A stretch of DNA of 64,000 nucleotides from Caldisericota bacterium (GTDB lineage Bacteria > Caldisericota > Caldisericia > JAAYUI01). The DNA lies in the NCBI GenBank assembly GCA_029548865.1, contig JAKPMO010000015.1:80445-144444 (forward strand), in the 5' to 3' direction. Positions 1 through 8,983 of the stretch are shown here, one piece after another (the first letter of the stretch is position 1; the number at the start of each line of letters is the position of its first letter). A program made the position numbers and the translations under genes. Below the pieces are notes generated by a model. The model did no database searches. It was given only the letters and a program-made list of their open reading frames with translations, and was not told where the DNA came from.

Positions 1-190
1 GCACAAATCCAAAACCTTTTATGGAAGCATTCAATCCTGCAGGGCCATTTGTCACCATCGCTGGGGTATGCCTGGTAAATCCCAAATAGACTTCCCTTTC
101 GTCCATCTTTTGATTGTCCATCATTTTTTTGATGAAATTCGCCCTCTGGACAAAGGCCCATTCCCAAAAAGCTTGAGGCATTTTACTCAT
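1..190 (-). CDS. Conserved hypothetical protein, partial (runs off the left edge); possibly pyridoxamine 5'-phosphate oxidase-like family
   Basis: Hand translation from ATG at 190 (ATGA overlap with the upstream stop): MSKMPQAFWEWAFVQRANFIKKMMD...FTRHTPAMVTNGPAGLNASIKGFGFV, open to the edge. Family guess is from recall only. Confidence 0.65.
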   Translation of the reverse strand, partial: MSKMPQAFWEWAFVQRANFIKKMMDNQKMDEREVYLGFTRHTPAMVTNGPAGLNASIKGFGFV

Positions 191-747
191 TTTTCTGGAG
201 ACACCCTGGCTGAATCAAAAAGCTCCTGAAGTTGTGGTATAAACTTTTCTATTTTCGCTGCAGAATCAACCACTCTGACCTGAAGGATGGCATCATTTGA
301 AATAAGAACTCTGGTCATTCCAATCGAAAGTTCCTTGCTTCCTTTTTGGTAGCCGGTAATCGTTATTCTTACCTCTTCTGCTCCACCAGATGATGATCTA
401 TCAGCAATATTATTGGTTATTTTTTTAAATGAATCTTCAAACTCGATCTTTGCCTGATCAAGAAGGTCCGATACCAAAACACCTTCAGAAAGCTTGAAAT
501 CTGGAACAGCAATTATTTTGATTATAGGGCTATCCTTTACATCCAATATGTTGAGCTGCAATTCGTCATTTGCTTCGGAAACAACCCCAAAAAAATTCTT
601 GTCATAAGAAACATAATAGCTCTCCCCACCCCACTTGATTACAGACTGCCCGGAGCAGGAGATCAAAAACAGTGCAAAAAAAGTTGCCAATAAAACACAA
701 AGGCCCCACTTTCGCGGGGCCTTTGAAGATTTCGAAACAATCATCAC
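187..747 (-). CDS. Putative lipoprotein (PsbP/DcrB-like fold possible)
   Basis: 186-aa ORF, basic N-terminus, hydrophobic stretch and lipobox LISC; overlaps both neighbours by 4 nt. Confidence 0.7.
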   Translation of the reverse strand: MMIVSKSSKAPRKWGLCVLLATFFALFLISCSGQSVIKWGGESYYVSYDKNFFGVVSEANDELQLNILDVKDSPIIKIIAVPDFKLSEGVLVSDLLDQAKIEFEDSFKKITNNIADRSSSGGAEEVRITITGYQKGSKELSIGMTRVLISNDAILQVRVVDSAAKIEKFIPQLQELFDSARVSPEK

Positions 748-1484
748 TCAGAAACCTGGGTGATCATTACCTGCTGGATCATGTAATCCATTGTGTCTTT
801 CACTGCTTCATCATAGGCTGCTGACGGGCCTTCGCCGATGATCTTGAGGAAGGTTCCTGGGCCAAATTCGGTCTCTGAAACCCTGATTCCCCTGAGTGAG
901 TAAGCAAGGACTTTGCCCTTATAATCGGCCCCGTCTTTTTTGTAGGAATAGGACTGCCAAATGCCCTTTATGAGGGACTGGGTGTGCTTAAATTCGCCAT
1001 CTTTGTCTTTTGTGGCCTGGATCGAGGCTATGTAGTTCTCAAGCTGCGGCTTTATTGTCGCCGGGTCTGAGTTCGTCACTGCCTTGTCCTTTGATGCAAC
1101 GACCTTAAATGTTACCTTCGGGTTTTTGTCCCAGGTGAACATCTTGTAAGTTCCGCTATCATACATTTCCTTTGTAAGCGGGACTTCTGTCCAGCCCTGA
1201 TACTGCTCTCCTGCAACCTCAAGCCCTTCAAAAGCATACAGGGTCCAGATTAGAACTGGGTGTGGCGGGATCTTCATTTCGCCAACAAGCTCTTTGTCCT
1301 TTGCCGGTTTAAGGGCGTTTGGATCGGTGCTTGTGCTGCTGATGATTTTTCCCTCATTAGGGTTCTTGTCACCGTAATCAATCTTCCCACCGTTGCCGTT
1401 TCCACCAGATTCGCCGCCGCATCCGCAGCCGACCGCAGTCAAAGATATGCTCAGAAGAAGCGCGACAATTAACAGCTTGCGCAT
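744..1484 (-). CDS. Putative lipoprotein
   Basis: MRKLLIVALLLSISLTAVGC lipobox, Gly-rich linker, SD AAAGGAG upstream of the ATG. Confidence 0.75.
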   Translation of the reverse strand: MRKLLIVALLLSISLTAVGCGCGGESGGNGNGGKIDYGDKNPNEGKIISSTSTDPNALKPAKDKELVGEMKIPPHPVLIWTLYAFEGLEVAGEQYQGWTEVPLTKEMYDSGTYKMFTWDKNPKVTFKVVASKDKAVTNSDPATIKPQLENYIASIQATKDKDGEFKHTQSLIKGIWQSYSYKKDGADYKGKVLAYSLRGIRVSETEFGPGTFLKIIGEGPSAAYDEAVKDTMDYMIQQVMITQVSE

Positions 1485-1557
1485 ATTGCTACTCCTTTCA
1501 AATAAAAAAGGTGTATCTAACCTTTTTGGAGTATATTTAATAAATTCTTATTGTCAA

Positions 1558-2097
1558 TTACTTTTTAGGCGCTACAACGAAGCTTTCCATTGTGTCTTTG
1601 ATCTGGTTTGCAAGTGCTTCGTCGCCTTCCGGGTAGGTGCCTGTGACATATAACACTTTGCCGATTATTGCATAAATATGTTGAATAATTGTATATGACT
1701 GTCCGCCCTCTATTGCCGAGAAGACAAGTTCAAGTCTTTCATCGCCAAGTGCATTAGGGACATTTTTGTACTCATGGGAAACAAGGGTGTAGCCCGGGAC
1801 TTTCTTTTCAGCGTCTTTCGCATATTCTGCAGTGACTTCCCTGATATGACCCTGCTGAATATCAAGTCTCGTCTGGCTGGCTACCTTGACGCCAATAAAC
1901 GAAGGGAGATCTTCCCTTACAAAAACTACCTCAAGGTTGTCGGTGTTTGGCTGTTTGAACTCAGTTACCGGTTTCCAGCCCCTGAAGTAAGATATTGTAT
2001 ATTCGTCCTTGGCTGATTTGACTGTTCCAATAGGGCCACCACAAGATATGGCCAAGATTAGCGAAAAAAGCGCCAGAATAGCAAGGGGTTTTCTCAA
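1558..2097 (-). CDS. Putative lipoprotein (PsbP/DcrB-like)
   Basis: TTG start after GGAGG, lipobox LAISC, YTISYFRGW and C-terminal MESFVV pattern typical of PsbP-like folds. Confidence 0.7.
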   Translation of the reverse strand: MRKPLAILALFSLILAISCGGPIGTVKSAKDEYTISYFRGWKPVTEFKQPNTDNLEVVFVREDLPSFIGVKVASQTRLDIQQGHIREVTAEYAKDAEKKVPGYTLVSHEYKNVPNALGDERLELVFSAIEGGQSYTIIQHIYAIIGKVLYVTGTYPEGDEALANQIKDTMESFVVAPKK

Positions 2098-2106
2098 TTT
2101 TTCCTC

Positions 2107-2190
2107 CGGAAGGAGGGGGATTTGAACCCCCGCGGGCTTTCACCCTCTGCATTTCAAGTGCAGCGCCATAGACCGCTCGGCCATCCTTCC
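2107..2190 (-). tRNA. tRNA-Ser (anticodon UGA), CCA not encoded
   Basis: Minus strand GGAAGGATGGCCGAGCGGTCTATGGCG-CTGCA CTTGAAA TGCAG-long variable arm-GGGGGTTCAAATCCCCC-TCCTTCC-G; full cloverleaf, discriminator G. Confidence 0.95.
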
Positions 2191-2254
2191 GGGAATGGAG
2201 TTTATGAAAAACATCTTGATTTTCAAGGACAAGGCGGTCAATCATAATAGAGAA

Positions 2255-4108
2255 ATGGAAAACTACGATGTTATTGTGGTTGGTGCCGGACATGCAGGAA
2301 TGGAAGCCTCTCTTGCTTCCTGTCGCATTGGTGCCAAAACACTTCTTCTGACAATAAATACTGACCAGATGGCATACATGCCATGTAACCCAGCAATGGG
2401 TGGACCGGGTAAAACCCAGGTTTTATGCGAGCTGCATGCCCTTGGTGGCGCCTCTGCCATTCTTTCTGAAGAATCGGCAACATCCATAAGGTTGCTCAAT
2501 CGTTCCAAAGGCCCATCGGTACAATCGGTAAGAATACAGGCAGATAGACATTTTTATTCACTTCTGGCTGCCAAATTGATAGGGGAGACAAAAAATCTCA
2601 CCCTTTTACAGGGGATAGTGTCTAGCCTCCTGATCGAAGACGAAAAAATTGTCGGTGTTGTCCTTCTTGACGGACGGAAATTCTATTCAAAAACTGTCGT
2701 TCTGTCCTGCGGTACATACATGTCCGGAAAAGTACACTACGCTGATACAAGCACTCCAGGGGGAAGGATGGGACAGCCCTCAGTCAACGGACTCTCAGAA
2801 CAACTAAAAGAGCTTGGGCTTCCAATCAGGAGATTCAACACCGGCACCACACCCAGAATAGATGCAAAATCAATTGATTATTCAGAGTTGGCAAGACAGG
2901 ACGGGGACACTGAGCCGATAGCTCTTGTCTCTGAGCCAAGGATATTCAAGAACCAGCTTCCAAGCTGGCTTGGGCACACAAACAGCAACACCATGAACGT
3001 AATCAAAAAATACGTCCACCTAGCACCATCAGTCAAAGGCATGATGGTAAGGACAGGCCCCAGGTCTTGCCCTTCACTTGAAGAGAAGGCCAGATGGTAT
3101 GCTGACCGAACAGAGCACCTCTTCTTTGTGGAGCCAGAAAGCAGGTTTACAAACGAGTGCTATCTTCAGGGACTTTACATGAGCATTCCACCCCAGTACC
3201 AGCTCGAGGCACTCAAAACCCTTCCGGGACTTTCAAATGTCAGAATGGTAAAATCCGGATACGCCATTGATTACGATTTTGTAGATCCCACTGAATTGAA
3301 TCCTGACCTTTCCACAAAACATGACGATAACCTTTTCCTAGCAGGGCAAGTTGACGGAACAACCGGTTATGACGAGGCGGCGGCACTGGGGCTTGTCGCC
3401 GGTGCAAATGCCGCACTCAAATCCATGTCACTCCCTCCACTCATATTGGGACGCATGGATGGATACATCGGAGTAATGATTGATGATCTCGCACACAAGG
3501 GTATAACAGAGCCGTACAGGATAACACCCTCCCATGTTGAATTCAGGATGTCTCTGAGGGCCGACAATGCCATCTTTAGGCTTGGTCCAATAGCAAAAAA
3601 AATTGGCCTTCTTGACCCGGAACGGTCCGCCGATCTTTTAAAACTTGAGTCAGACAAAGCGGAATTCGTAAGAGAATCCGGGGGTCTGATTTACTATCCC
3701 GACAAGGACACAAAGGCCTGGTTCCAGGACATTGGCATTGGCGACATAAATGAGCCCGTCAAACTCGCGCAGTTGATTAGAAGACCGCATTTCGATTACA
3801 CAAAACTGATTGCTGTTGCCGCTATGTTCAAATCACTCTCAAGGAGGGCTGTCACTTCCGCAATGACTGATATTGCTATTGAAGCCTATTGTCAGCGAGA
3901 GCAGACAAGGATGAGAGATCTTGAGAGATGGGAGAAATTGTCACTCCCCGAAGACATAGATTATGCCGGAAATATGTTCCTCTCAAAACTGGCACGTCTC
4001 CGTCTTGCGGCAATCAAGCCAAAGACTCTTGGAGAGGCCATGAGGGTGGATGGTGTTACTCCATCAGATATCCAAATTCTTGGTCAGTATGTTTCACGTG
4101 AAACATAA
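2255..4108 (+). CDS. mnmG: tRNA uridine 5-carboxymethylaminomethyl modification enzyme MnmG (GidA), divergent
   Basis: YDVIVVGAGHAGMEA FAD motif, CNPAMGG, LNRSKGPSVQSVRIQADR, GPRSCPSLEEK, GYAIDYD, AGQVDGTTGYDEAAA; start moved to ATG 2255. Confidence 0.9.
   Translation: MENYDVIVVGAGHAGMEASLASCRIGAKTLLLTINTDQMAYMPCNPAMGGPGKTQVLCELHALGGASAILSEESATSIRLLNRSKGPSVQSVRIQADRHFYSLLAAKLIGETKNLTLLQGIVSSLLIEDEKIVGVVLLDGRKFYSKTVVLSCGTYMSGKVHYADTSTPGGRMGQPSVNGLSEQLKELGLPIRRFNTGTTPRIDAKSIDYSELARQDGDTEPIALVSEPRIFKNQLPSWLGHTNSNTMNVIKKYVHLAPSVKGMMVRTGPRSCPSLEEKARWYADRTEHLFFVEPESRFTNECYLQGLYMSIPPQYQLEALKTLPGLSNVRMVKSGYAIDYDFVDPTELNPDLSTKHDDNLFLAGQVDGTTGYDEAAALGLVAGANAALKSMSLPPLILGRMDGYIGVMIDDLAHKGITEPYRITPSHVEFRMSLRADNAIFRLGPIAKKIGLLDPERSADLLKLESDKAEFVRESGGLIYYPDKDTKAWFQDIGIGDINEPVKLAQLIRRPHFDYTKLIAVAAMFKSLSRRAVTSAMTDIAIEAYCQREQTRMRDLERWEKLSLPEDIDYAGNMFLSKLARLRLAAIKPKTLGEAMRVDGVTPSDIQILGQYVSRET
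4090..4105. promoter_or_regulatory. parS: parS centromere site (perfect palindrome)
   Basis: TGTTTCACGTGAAACA, an exact match to the widespread ParB/Spo0J site, in the last codons of mnmG. Confidence 0.9.
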
Positions 4109-4174
4109 TCAAGATTCTTATTAGTATTTATTACTATTCTCTCTTTTTAACAAAGTTTTATTACTCACTTGGCA

Positions 4175-4203
4175 TTGATATAACCAATAGATTTGTTTAT
4201 ACT
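4175..4203 (+). promoter_or_regulatory. sigma70-type promoter of the hydrogenase operon
   Basis: TTGATA-17 bp-TATACT with TGn extension, about 30 nt before the ATG at 4236. Confidence 0.6.
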
Positions 4204-4235
4204 ATCACAGCCAAATTCCATGAAAGGAAAACCCT

Positions 4236-5273
4236 ATGGAACAACGTGTGATGGAGAAGAAGGATGTAAAATCCTTCATCGCTGAGCTGATTAAGCTCTA
4301 TCCCGCCGTTTATGGCCCTATTGCCAAGGGAAAGAGCGTTGTATTCGACAGGCTCAAGGATGCAGGCGAGGCAAAGTTTAACTACACCAGATCAATCCTC
4401 CCCCCAAAAAAGTACCTGATGCCTCAGCAAGAGTGCATAATGAAATTCGATATGCCTCCAAGTCCAAAGGCTGAATCGGTTGTCGAATTTGAAGACCAGG
4501 TGATTGTTGGTGTCCACCCATGCGACATCAGGGCAATAAAACTCCTGGACATGATCATGAAGGGTGGAAATCCAGATGACAACTACAACAAGAGAAGAGA
4601 ACACACCGTAATAATCGGTATTGACTGCGTTCCTGATCAGTATTGCTATTGTAGTTCTGTCATGGACCTGAGATGTACCGATGGTTTTGATATCTTCCTT
4701 ACGGACCTAGGAGACCAGGTGCTTGTTGACGTCCTTACTGAAAAAGGCAAGGAAGTAATCTCAAAGATTGAGACCAAACCAGCCTCCAGCACCCACCTTA
4801 AAAAACAGGATGAGCTTCTTGAAGCAAAAAAGAAACTCTTTACGGCAAAGTTCACTGGCCCTGCTCAGCTCCTTCCGCTTGAGCTCGAAGGCCAGTGGGA
4901 AGCACCAGTTTGGGAAGACATGGGCAAAAAATGCCTTTCCTGCGGGCAGTGCGTCCTTGTCTGTCCGACATGCTATTGCTTCGATGTCACTGATGAACTC
5001 GCCCTTTCAATGAAAAAGGGTGATAGGGTGAGGAAATGGGATGGTTGCCAGCTTGCAGGTTTTGCCTATGTTGGCTCTGGAGAGAACTTCAGGGAAGAGC
5101 CAGGCGCAAGGGTCCGCCACCGCTACCACAGGAAATTCAAATATCATGTTGACTCACACTCAATGACCTTCTGCACCGGTTGTGGAAGGTGCTGGGTCCA
5201 CTGCCCAGTAGAAATCAATCTCGTTGAAATTTCCAACAGGATATTCAAAAGGGAGGCCGAATGCAAAGCCTGA
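4236..5273 (+). CDS. hydB: Group 3b [NiFe] (sulf)hydrogenase beta subunit (AsrA-like 4Fe-4S dicluster)
   Basis: GVHPCDI, CLSCGQCVLVCPTCYCF, CTGCGRCWVHCP; first gene of a beta-gamma-delta-alpha operon. Confidence 0.88.
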   Translation: MEQRVMEKKDVKSFIAELIKLYPAVYGPIAKGKSVVFDRLKDAGEAKFNYTRSILPPKKYLMPQQECIMKFDMPPSPKAESVVEFEDQVIVGVHPCDIRAIKLLDMIMKGGNPDDNYNKRREHTVIIGIDCVPDQYCYCSSVMDLRCTDGFDIFLTDLGDQVLVDVLTEKGKEVISKIETKPASSTHLKKQDELLEAKKKLFTAKFTGPAQLLPLELEGQWEAPVWEDMGKKCLSCGQCVLVCPTCYCFDVTDELALSMKKGDRVRKWDGCQLAGFAYVGSGENFREEPGARVRHRYHRKFKYHVDSHSMTFCTGCGRCWVHCPVEINLVEISNRIFKREAECKA

Positions 5274-6088
5274 ACCTTTATGAACCAATGATCGCAACAA
5301 TCAAGTCCGTGAAAGAGCTCACGCCAACCGAGAAAATGTTTGAGGTCGAGCTCCCGGATGGAAAGCGCCTTGGCCATGGCCCGGGACAGTTTGTAGAAAT
5401 GACGGTTTTTGGTGTTGGCGAAGCTCCAATCTCCATTTGTTCTTCTCCAACTGATGGAAACAATTTCCATCTCACCATCCGCAAGGTTGGAGACGTCACC
5501 GGCGTTGTCCACACCATGAAACCTGGTGACAAGCTCGGAATCAGGGGACCGTTTGGCTATGGTTTCCCTGTGGACCAGCTCAAAGGCCACGACATCATAA
5601 TAGTTGCGGGTGGAATCGGGCTTGCCCCGCTCCGTTCTGTCATTAACTACATCTTCCACAATCGCTCCGATTTTGGCCAGTTCACAATAATCCACGGCGC
5701 AAAAACGCCGTCGGACATGCTCTTCAAGGATGAACTTGAAGGCTGGCGTAAAAATCCCAATGTTACCTACCTTGAAACAGTTGACAGGCCCACCCCGGAG
5801 TGGAAGGGCAATGCCGGCGTCATCACAACACTCTTCAAGAAAGTCGGCAAGATCAACCCTGATAACACCTATGCGCTCGTTTGTGGCCCGCCGGTAATGT
5901 ACAAGTACGTCATCCTCGAATGCGGCGTCCTTGGCATCCCGGACAGCCACATTCTTGCATCTCTTGAAAGAAGAATGAAGTGCGGCCTTGGCAAATGTGG
6001 TCATTGCCAGATCAATGGCCTCTATTGCTGCCAGCACGGACCTGTCTTCACATATACTCAAATCAAGCACCTTGAGGAGGCCCTATGA
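5261..6088 (+). CDS. hydG: Group 3b hydrogenase gamma subunit (FAD/NAD(P)-binding, 2Fe-2S)
   Basis: PGQF, GEAPISI, RGPFGYGF, AGGIGLAP, CGPPVM, ERRMKCGLGKCGHC. Confidence 0.9.
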   Translation: MQSLNLYEPMIATIKSVKELTPTEKMFEVELPDGKRLGHGPGQFVEMTVFGVGEAPISICSSPTDGNNFHLTIRKVGDVTGVVHTMKPGDKLGIRGPFGYGFPVDQLKGHDIIIVAGGIGLAPLRSVINYIFHNRSDFGQFTIIHGAKTPSDMLFKDELEGWRKNPNVTYLETVDRPTPEWKGNAGVITTLFKKVGKINPDNTYALVCGPPVMYKYVILECGVLGIPDSHILASLERRMKCGLGKCGHCQINGLYCCQHGPVFTYTQIKHLEEAL

Positions 6089-6831
6089 GCAAACCCAGGA
6101 TAGCTTTTTTTGACTTTTCATGCTGCGAAGGCTGCCAGCTCCAGGTCCTGAATTGCGAAGATGAGCTCCTTGATCTTCTCGCCCTCGTCGACATTGTCCA
6201 GTTCCGCGAGGCAATGACAGAGGCAGACTGGAACTTTGACATCGCATTCGTCGAGGGTTCCATAACCAGGGAACAGGATGAGCCAAGGCTCAAAAAAATC
6301 AGGGAAGCGGCAAAGCTCGTCATCGCCATCGGAGCCTGTTCAGGAATGGCCGGAATCAACGCCATCAGGAACGCAATGCCGATTGACAAAGCAAAAGAGA
6401 TAGTCTATGGCAACAAGAAAGATGCTTTTGAATCTACCTTTGCCCGCCCAATTGACACAGTGATCAAGGTTGATGGCTACATCCCAGGCTGTCCGATTGA
6501 CCGCAAAGACTTCCTGCGCACAGTCCAGGCCCTCCTGGTTGGCAAAAAGCCACCGGACCACGATTATCCTGTCTGCCAGGAATGCAGGCTCAGGGAAAAC
6601 GAGTGCCTTCTCACAGTCGGCATTCCATGCATGGGCCCAATCACAAGGGGCGGCTGTGATGCAATCGAACCAACCTTTGGTTCACCCTGCATCGGGTGCA
6701 GAGGTCTTGTTTCTGAAGCCAATATCGAGTCATGCAAGCAGATGCTTGAAAAGCACGGCCTTACAATAGAAGACATCAGCAAGTACATGACCATTTTCAA
6801 TTCCTTCCAAAAGGAGGAAAAACATGCCTGA
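6085..6831 (+). CDS. hydD: Group 3b hydrogenase delta (small) subunit
   Basis: FSCCEGC, VEGSI, IGACSGMAGI, IPGCP, VCQEC, CMGPITRGGC, CIGCRG. Confidence 0.9.
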   Translation: MSKPRIAFFDFSCCEGCQLQVLNCEDELLDLLALVDIVQFREAMTEADWNFDIAFVEGSITREQDEPRLKKIREAAKLVIAIGACSGMAGINAIRNAMPIDKAKEIVYGNKKDAFESTFARPIDTVIKVDGYIPGCPIDRKDFLRTVQALLVGKKPPDHDYPVCQECRLRENECLLTVGIPCMGPITRGGCDAIEPTFGSPCIGCRGLVSEANIESCKQMLEKHGLTIEDISKYMTIFNSFQKEEKHA

Positions 6832-8119
6832 TCATGACATCCATGTGCATTATGTGACCAGGGTCGAAGGCCATGGCGACATCGTATGCAAGACAAACAA
6901 CGGTGTTGTTGAGAAAGCCGAATTCAATGTTGTCGAAGCCCCAAGGTTTTTTGAGGCCGCCTGCGTTGGAAGGGCCCATTATGAAATAAAGGACATCGTT
7001 ACAAGGATCTGTGGCATCTGTGCTTGCGGACACGCCCTCGCTTCCCTAAGGGCAAGCGAAGCTGCAATGTCCATCGAACCATCAGAGCAAACCATTGATC
7101 TTCGCAAGATTGTCCTCCACGGCGAAACCATCCAGTCCCATTTTCTCCATGCCTATTTTCTCGCCGCCCCAGACTTCCTTGGTGTTGGCTCAGTAATCCC
7201 GCTCGCCTCGTCTCACAAAGACGTCGTTGTCCGCGCTCTCAAACTCAAAAAACTCGGCAATGACATCAGTGAAACAATCGTTGGAAGACATGTCCATCCG
7301 ATAACCCTCAAGATCAACGGCTTTTCAAAGCTTCCAGACCCAGCCGCATTAAAGGCAATCCAGAAGCGGGTCATTGATGCATTGCCGGACATTGAGGCAA
7401 CTGTAGACCTTTTCTCGACCATCAAGGTCCCAGAACTCTACAGGGAAACCGAGTACATCTCCCTTGGGCCAACTGGTGGAGATAAAGAATACCCGTTCTA
7501 TGATGGTGACATCATCTCCTCCCTTGGCCAGTCATACAGACCATCCAATTATCAGCAGGTTTGCAATGAAGAAGTTGATCCAAAACACACTGCAAAGCTT
7601 TGCAGGCACAAAGCCCCATCATATCAGGTTGGTGCCCTCGCAAGGTTCAACAACAACTATAACCTTTTGAGGCCAGAGGCCAAAAAAGCTGCCGAAAAGC
7701 TAAACCTTAAGGCCCCGAACCACAACCCGTACAATATCACAATGGCCCAGGTTGTCGAAGCTGTGCATGTTGCATACGACCTCATTGATCTTATCGACAA
7801 AGTGCTCACAAAAGGAATCAAGGAAGAAAACAACAAGTACCAGCCAAAGGCAGGAACAGGCGCTGGTGCTGTTGAAGTCCCAAGGGGAATACTGTTCCAC
7901 AGCTACAAGTACGATTCCAATGGGATCTGCCAGTGGGCCGATTGCGTCATACCAACAACCCAGAACGTTCGCAATATCAATGAAGATATGAAGGCCCTCG
8001 TTCCAACCATCATCGGAAAATCACAAGAGGAAGTTTCCCTTCTTCTGCAGATGCTCCTCAGGGCATACGACCCATGCATCTCCTGCTCCACTCACCTTAT
8101 CAATGTGAGGTTTGAGTAA
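6824..8119 (+). CDS. hydA: Group 3b [NiFe] hydrogenase alpha (large) subunit
   Basis: TRVEGHG, L1 motif RICGIC, EVPRG, L2 motif DPCISCSTH followed by a cleavable tail LINVRFE. Confidence 0.93.
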   Translation: MPDHDIHVHYVTRVEGHGDIVCKTNNGVVEKAEFNVVEAPRFFEAACVGRAHYEIKDIVTRICGICACGHALASLRASEAAMSIEPSEQTIDLRKIVLHGETIQSHFLHAYFLAAPDFLGVGSVIPLASSHKDVVVRALKLKKLGNDISETIVGRHVHPITLKINGFSKLPDPAALKAIQKRVIDALPDIEATVDLFSTIKVPELYRETEYISLGPTGGDKEYPFYDGDIISSLGQSYRPSNYQQVCNEEVDPKHTAKLCRHKAPSYQVGALARFNNNYNLLRPEAKKAAEKLNLKAPNHNPYNITMAQVVEAVHVAYDLIDLIDKVLTKGIKEENNKYQPKAGTGAGAVEVPRGILFHSYKYDSNGICQWADCVIPTTQNVRNINEDMKALVPTIIGKSQEEVSLLLQMLLRAYDPCISCSTHLINVRFE

Positions 8120-8587
8120 GTGAACACTCTCGTGGTCGGGCTCGGAAACACCCTTCTGGGTGATGAGGGGGTTGGTGTCCATATTGTCAATATTCTCAAG
8201 GACCAGCCCCTTCCTCAAAGCGTCGTCCTAAAAGACGGCGGGGTTTCAGGTTTTGATATTCTCCCTGACATTCTGGAGTCCGACCGCGTTGTTATTATTG
8301 ATGCCGCCAAGATGGGGCTTGTTCCAGGATCTGTGAGGTCTTTTACTCTCGACAACGTCCAGATGCCTGACGGCCCCGAGTTCTCCCTCCATGACCTTGG
8401 TCTCCCACAGGTGCTAAAGCTGGGTTCCACCATCTCCAGTCTCCCCCCGATGCTGCTTATCGGGATCGAGCCCAAAAAGATCGCTCCCGGCGCTTCACTC
8501 TCCGAAGAGGTCACAGGTCAGATGGGGAACATCCTTGAGTACGTTTATTCCGCCATTCTCGACTTCACCAAGGAGGTAGTCAATTGA
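8120..8587 (+). CDS. Hydrogenase maturation endopeptidase (HyaD/HybD family)
   Basis: VVGLGNTLLGDEGVG, IIDAA, SLHDLG; directly follows the large subunit. Confidence 0.9.
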   Translation: MNTLVVGLGNTLLGDEGVGVHIVNILKDQPLPQSVVLKDGGVSGFDILPDILESDRVVIIDAAKMGLVPGSVRSFTLDNVQMPDGPEFSLHDLGLPQVLKLGSTISSLPPMLLIGIEPKKIAPGASLSEEVTGQMGNILEYVYSAILDFTKEVVN

Positions 8588-8982
8588 AGAAGATACTTAT
8601 TATTGATGATGACACCGATATGGTTGAGGCGATGAGGATCGCCTTAGAGGCCGTTGGTTACAAAGTTTCTTCCGCCCCCAATGGCACACAGGGGCTCAAG
8701 ACCCTTCTTGAGTTCGCCCCTGACCTTATCATCCTCGATGTCATGATGGACACCGACACTGAAGGCTTCAATGTCGCTTGGGCCATCAGATCAGACGAGG
8801 ATTCCTCCGTCTACAAGAAATTCAAAAACATTCCAATCCTGATGGTCACATCTGTCTCATCTGAGAAGAAGATGAAGTTTGACCCAAAGAAGGACCAGGA
8901 GTTCCTTCCGGTCAACGATTTCATCGAAAAACCAATCAGGCCACAGCAACTGCTTCAAAAGGTGTCACAGTACTTAGGCTAA
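8584..8982 (+). CDS. Single-domain response regulator (receiver only)
   Basis: KILIIDDD, PDLIILDVMM (phospho-Asp), VTS, FIEKP; no output domain. Confidence 0.9.
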   Translation: MKKILIIDDDTDMVEAMRIALEAVGYKVSSAPNGTQGLKTLLEFAPDLIILDVMMDTDTEGFNVAWAIRSDEDSSVYKKFKNIPILMVTSVSSEKKMKFDPKKDQEFLPVNDFIEKPIRPQQLLQKVSQYLG

Positions 8983-8983
8983 A

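Noticed and set aside
2107..2190. Genomic island integrated at tRNA-Ser or tmRNA
   Set aside because: No integrase and no duplicated 3' end (att) found; downstream genes start within 10-14 nt
5144..6070. 308-aa minus-strand ORF
   Set aside because: Antisense shadow of the hydrogenase gamma subunit; no motifs
6824..8119. [NiFeSe] hydrogenase / selenocysteine recoding
   Set aside because: The L2 motif is DPCISC with ordinary Cys codons and no in-frame TGA
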